A stretch of DNA of 63,889 nt, filler included, from an uncultured Methanosarcinales archaeon (GTDB lineage Archaea > Nanobdellota > Nanobdellia > Woesearchaeales > CAYXTQ01): assembly GCA_964608065.1 (NCBI GenBank). It is 5 parts of 4 records of this genome, joined end to end, with 100 filler letters (N's around TTAATTAATTAA, not from the genome) between each part and the next. Parts side by side here need not be neighbours in the genome. Positions count along the whole stretch, not along the records: positions 31,891 to 61,670 come from CAZSMA010000003.1; positions 61,771 to 63,889 come from CAZSMA010000125.1; 3 more parts are not named here. One strand, 5' to 3'. The translations under genes were made by a program, and so were the position numbers. The number at the start of each line of letters is the position of its first letter. Positions within the stretch are counted from its first letter, which is position 1. Under the pieces are notes generated by a model. The model did not search any database, was not told the DNA's origin, and was given only the letters and a program-made list of their open reading frames with translations. Of the stretch, positions 60,542-63,889 are shown piece by piece.

Positions 60542-61670
60542 ATGAAATCAAAAAAAGCACAAAAAAGCGAACCAATAACAGAAGGATTTATAGGCCCTGG
60601 CTTAGCAGTTGTCGCTTTAGTAGTTCTGATATTTACTGGAACAAAAATGTATGCAGCTTTAGCTCCTACTGACAAATTTGTCTCTACAGAAAATAATTTT
60701 GATGTGCTAATAGGCAAAATCACTGAATTACTAGAAGACGATAATAAATTTGTAGCAACAAAAAAAGATGACCCATTACAATTTTCAATAAATTCTAAAT
60801 ATATACTAGTTGGCTTCAATAAAGAAGGTAAAATTGAAGATGGATGCCAATATGAAACAGCTACAAAACCAGACGAATGTCTAAATAAAGCCTGTTTATG
60901 CACATATAAAGATACAGTCCAAAAAGGAATCAAACTACTCAGAAAAAAAGATAATGATTTTGATAAAAGAGGCAATAATTTTCCTATAAAATGCCAAACA
61001 CTCAATGAAGTTGATTATATTTTTACTTTAGAATACACTCCAAAGAAAACAAAAACAAAAGAAGAAGAAGTATTATATCTAGATAACGTTGGTAAAGAAC
61101 AAAAAGAAAAAATATACAAGAATATTATTGGGGGTACTTTCAACCCAACTGCTGATGATTACCCAGATAATTATGCTTATTTTTTCCTGTATGGTCAATG
61201 TGAGGATTGGAGTAAAGATAAAAACTTTAATACAGCAGACTTATATATAGAAATATTCAGAGACAATGGAAAAACATACTTGTTCATAGCACCAAAGACA
61301 GAATACACAAATAAACGTTATGAAGATATGATAAAAAAATACCCTATAAAATTAACAGAGTTTGAATACAAGAAAAAAATAGAATCAGCTATAGAAGGTA
61401 AAAGTTATAAAAAAGTAATAGACTACTATGAATCATTTTTAAAAATCTATCCAAAATCAACACTGACAACAAATAATCTATATAAGATAGCACAAGCTTA
61501 CGACACTAACAGACAATATGACGCCGCATTAGAAGTCTACAATGATCTTCTAACAAAAGAACAAAACAAAACAAAATTAGTGGAAATACGTTACAATATC
61601 GGAATAATATATGAGCAAAAAGGGGAAAAGGATAATGCTTTGCTTGAATACAAAAAAATAATTGCAAACT
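60542..61670 (+). CDS. Pilin-like protein with C-terminal TPR repeats, 3' partial
   Basis: KKA|QKSEPITEG...LAVVALVVLIF; YKIAQAY, YNIGIIYEQKGEKDNALLEY. Confidence 0.78.
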
Positions 61671-61770
61671 NNNNNNNNNNNNNNNNNNNNNNNNNNNNNN
61701 NNNNNNNNNNNNNNTTAATTAATTAANNNNNNNNNNNNNNNNNNNNNNNNNNNNNNNNNNNNNNNNNNNN
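61671..61770. other. Artificial contig linker
   Basis: N44-TTAATTAATTAA-N44. Confidence 0.95.
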
Positions 61771-61959
61771 TTGTTTTTGTTTTCCATCGCTGTTGTGTGC
61801 CTGGCTTGATTTATAAATATTGTCGAGATGGGGGGATGGATTGAGTGGTTTATGTCCACGCCGTACCTACCTGTATATGCGTAACGCCCTTTTGTTTTTC
61901 TTAAAATACCAACGAAGATGTAGTTTTTAAAATGGAGCTGCTACTTGCTGGGTGCAGAA

Positions 61960-62712
61960 TTAAAGATACTTTGCCATCGCTTGTAATATTTCGTAAGCAG
62001 TTGCTTTTTTATCTTCTGCTTTTGTTATTGCTCCACCTATAACAAGAATAGAATTAGAACAATCCTGGACTGCTAAATCTGGGGTATATAATTGTTTTTG
62101 GCCTTCTCTTTGTACTCCTGCCCATTTAATCCCAGGTGTAACATACATAAAATCAGAACCAAATTCTTTTTCAAGTCCTCCTGCTTTCTTAGCAGGACAT
62201 ACAATTCCATCTAATCCCCATTTTTTAGCAAGTTCTGTTCTTCTCTTAACTAAATCATCATAACCAATACCTAAATTCTGAGTTTTTAGGTCATCATCAT
62301 CCAAACTTGTTAAAACAGTTACTCCAATTACTCTAGACCTTTCCAATCCTTTAGCTTGCGCTCCTTCATAAGCTCCTTCAATTGCTTTTTTACACATTTC
62401 TTCTCCACCAGAAACATGGATATTAAAAAAAGAAACACCAGGAACTGCACTTGCTTTTGCTGCTCCATAAACTGTATTTGGAGTATCATGAAATTTTAAA
62501 TCTAAAAAAACTGCGCCCTTTCTATCAAAGATTTCTCTTACGATTGGAATACCTTCATTACATGCTGCAGTATGAAGTTCTTTTCCTATTTTATACATCC
62601 CAACATAATCAGATAATTCTCCTGCAAGGCTTAATGCTCCTTCTACAGTTGGTACATCTAAAGCTAAACAAACTCTTTTCCTTGCCTCTTGTTCTTTTGG
62701 TGTTAATTCCAT
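61960..62712 (-). CDS. pyrF: Orotidine-5'-phosphate decarboxylase
   Basis: LALD, FLDLKFHDTPNTV, VTVLTS, VTPGI. Confidence 0.96.
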   Translation of the reverse strand: MELTPKEQEARKRVCLALDVPTVEGALSLAGELSDYVGMYKIGKELHTAACNEGIPIVREIFDRKGAVFLDLKFHDTPNTVYGAAKASAVPGVSFFNIHVSGGEEMCKKAIEGAYEGAQAKGLERSRVIGVTVLTSLDDDDLKTQNLGIGYDDLVKRRTELAKKWGLDGIVCPAKKAGGLEKEFGSDFMYVTPGIKWAGVQREGQKQLYTPDLAVQDCSNSILVIGGAITKAEDKKATAYEILQAMAKYL

Positions 62713-62713
62713 T

Positions 62714-63382
62714 TTATCTTTCTACTTTTGGAAAGCCATGTTTTTCTCCCCATCCAAAAGGATCTGCTCTCCACCCAGCCAACATTTCAGCTTGTTGATC
62801 ATTAATATAACCTGTTTCTTTAGCAGTTTCTAATAAGGTCTCATAATTTAAAAGAGATCTTACTTCACATTTAGGGTTTAAAGTATCAAATGCTTGAACC
62901 GCTTTATCTAATCCATAATTAAATATTGAAATACAATAATCACAGTTTCCATTTGCATCTCTTATATTTTGGACAGCCCTTGCAGAACTTCCCCCAGTAG
63001 AAATTAAATCTTCAATTAGAATAACTTTTCTCCCTTGTAAATCTGATTCTGCATCTATTCCTTCAATTTGATTTTTTAATCCATGATCTTTTGGTTTATC
63101 CCTAACATAAATCATTGGTTTATTTAAAGAATCAGCTAATGTTGTGGCAGGAGGAATCCCAGAGGTAGAAGTTCCTGCGATAACTTCATAAGGAATATCC
63201 TTAACTAAATTAGTAAAACCCTCTGCAATTAATTTTCTATGCTCTGGAAAAAAGAGAAACATTCGATTATCATTATAAATAGGCATTCTAAATCCAGAGG
63301 CCCATGTAAAAGGATTATCAGGTCTTAATTTAATAGCATTTATTTCTAATCCTGCTTTTGCAATCTCTTTTCCATAATCCAT
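62714..63382 (-). CDS. pyrE: Orotate phosphoribosyltransferase
   Basis: FTWASGFRMPIYNDNR, YVRDKPKDHG, IEDLISTGGS. Confidence 0.96.
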   Translation of the reverse strand: MDYGKEIAKAGLEINAIKLRPDNPFTWASGFRMPIYNDNRMFLFFPEHRKLIAEGFTNLVKDIPYEVIAGTSTSGIPPATTLADSLNKPMIYVRDKPKDHGLKNQIEGIDAESDLQGRKVILIEDLISTGGSSARAVQNIRDANGNCDYCISIFNYGLDKAVQAFDTLNPKCEVRSLLNYETLLETAKETGYINDQQAEMLAGWRADPFGWGEKHGFPKVER

Positions 63383-63497
63383 TTTATTATCTTAAAACAA
63401 GAAAGAAGTTTATAAAGATTCCGTCGGAGAATTTGTCCAATTGAAGTAGCAAATAATTTGCAGGTAATTTTAAAAATCATTGTTTATTGAAGTATTT

Positions 63498-63889
63498 ATG
63501 ATAGATCCCCATGTGCATTGTAGAGATTGGAATCAAAGGCATAAAGAAACAATTGAACATGCCCTAAGTGTTGCTGATAGAATTGGATTAAGTGGAATTT
63601 TTGATATGCCTAATACAGATCCTGCAATAGATTCTAGAGAATTAATAGAAAGAAGATTGAAAGATGCTGAACAAGTTAGAAGTCCTGTATTTTATGGTTT
63701 ATATGCAGGATTAACTTCAAGACCAGATCAGATTAGAGAAGTTGTCCAAGCATGGAAGGACCTTTTTCCTAGAGATGAAAAAATGGTTGGCGTAATTGGA
63801 TTAAAAATGTTTGCAGGACATTCTGTTGGGAGTTTAGGAATAATTGATGAAGATGAACAAAGAGCTGTTTATCAAACCTTAACACAAGC
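63498..63889 (+). CDS. pyrC: Dihydroorotase, 3' partial (window edge)
   Basis: MIDPHVHCRD, IFDMPNTDP, GLKMFAG; divergent from pyrE. Confidence 0.9.
   Translation, partial: MIDPHVHCRDWNQRHKETIEHALSVADRIGLSGIFDMPNTDPAIDSRELIERRLKDAEQVRSPVFYGLYAGLTSRPDQIREVVQAWKDLFPRDEKMVGVIGLKMFAGHSVGSLGIIDEDEQRAVYQTLTQ

Overview
AT-rich archaeal DNA, most consistent with a DPANN lineage such as Woesearchaeales (inferred from gene content and protein style). It is five contigs joined by artificial N-TTAATTAATTAA-N linkers, so adjacency across the linkers means nothing. Housekeeping content: leuS, the rps13-rps4-rps11-rpoD-rpl18e-rpl13-rps9-rpoN cluster, minD, nac/secG, RNase P RNA and Rpp30, aIF5A, histone, aRF1, rpl37ae-rpoP-pcc1-pfdB, an A-type ATP synthase operon, MCM/RPA/TBP, fbp-fba-gap and pyrF/E/C. 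Accessory content: two free-standing LAGLIDADG genes and a ~21 kb surface locus with 15 class III (pilin-type) signal-peptide ORFs plus two giant Cys-rich exported proteins. Signals missed by the ORF track: (1) an 18-codon ORF with nine consecutive Leu codons, a hairpin and a U-tract between rpoN and leuS, a candidate leucine-sensing attenuator in an archaeon; (2) a tRNA-Pro with two non-canonical introns, one at position 3/4 whose bulge-helix-bulge is built by the 5' leader; (3) a dispersed family of short palindromes clustered at translation starts; (4) a split ThiI; (5) a pilin-like protein carrying a glycine zipper. All assignments come from reading the sequence; no searches were run.
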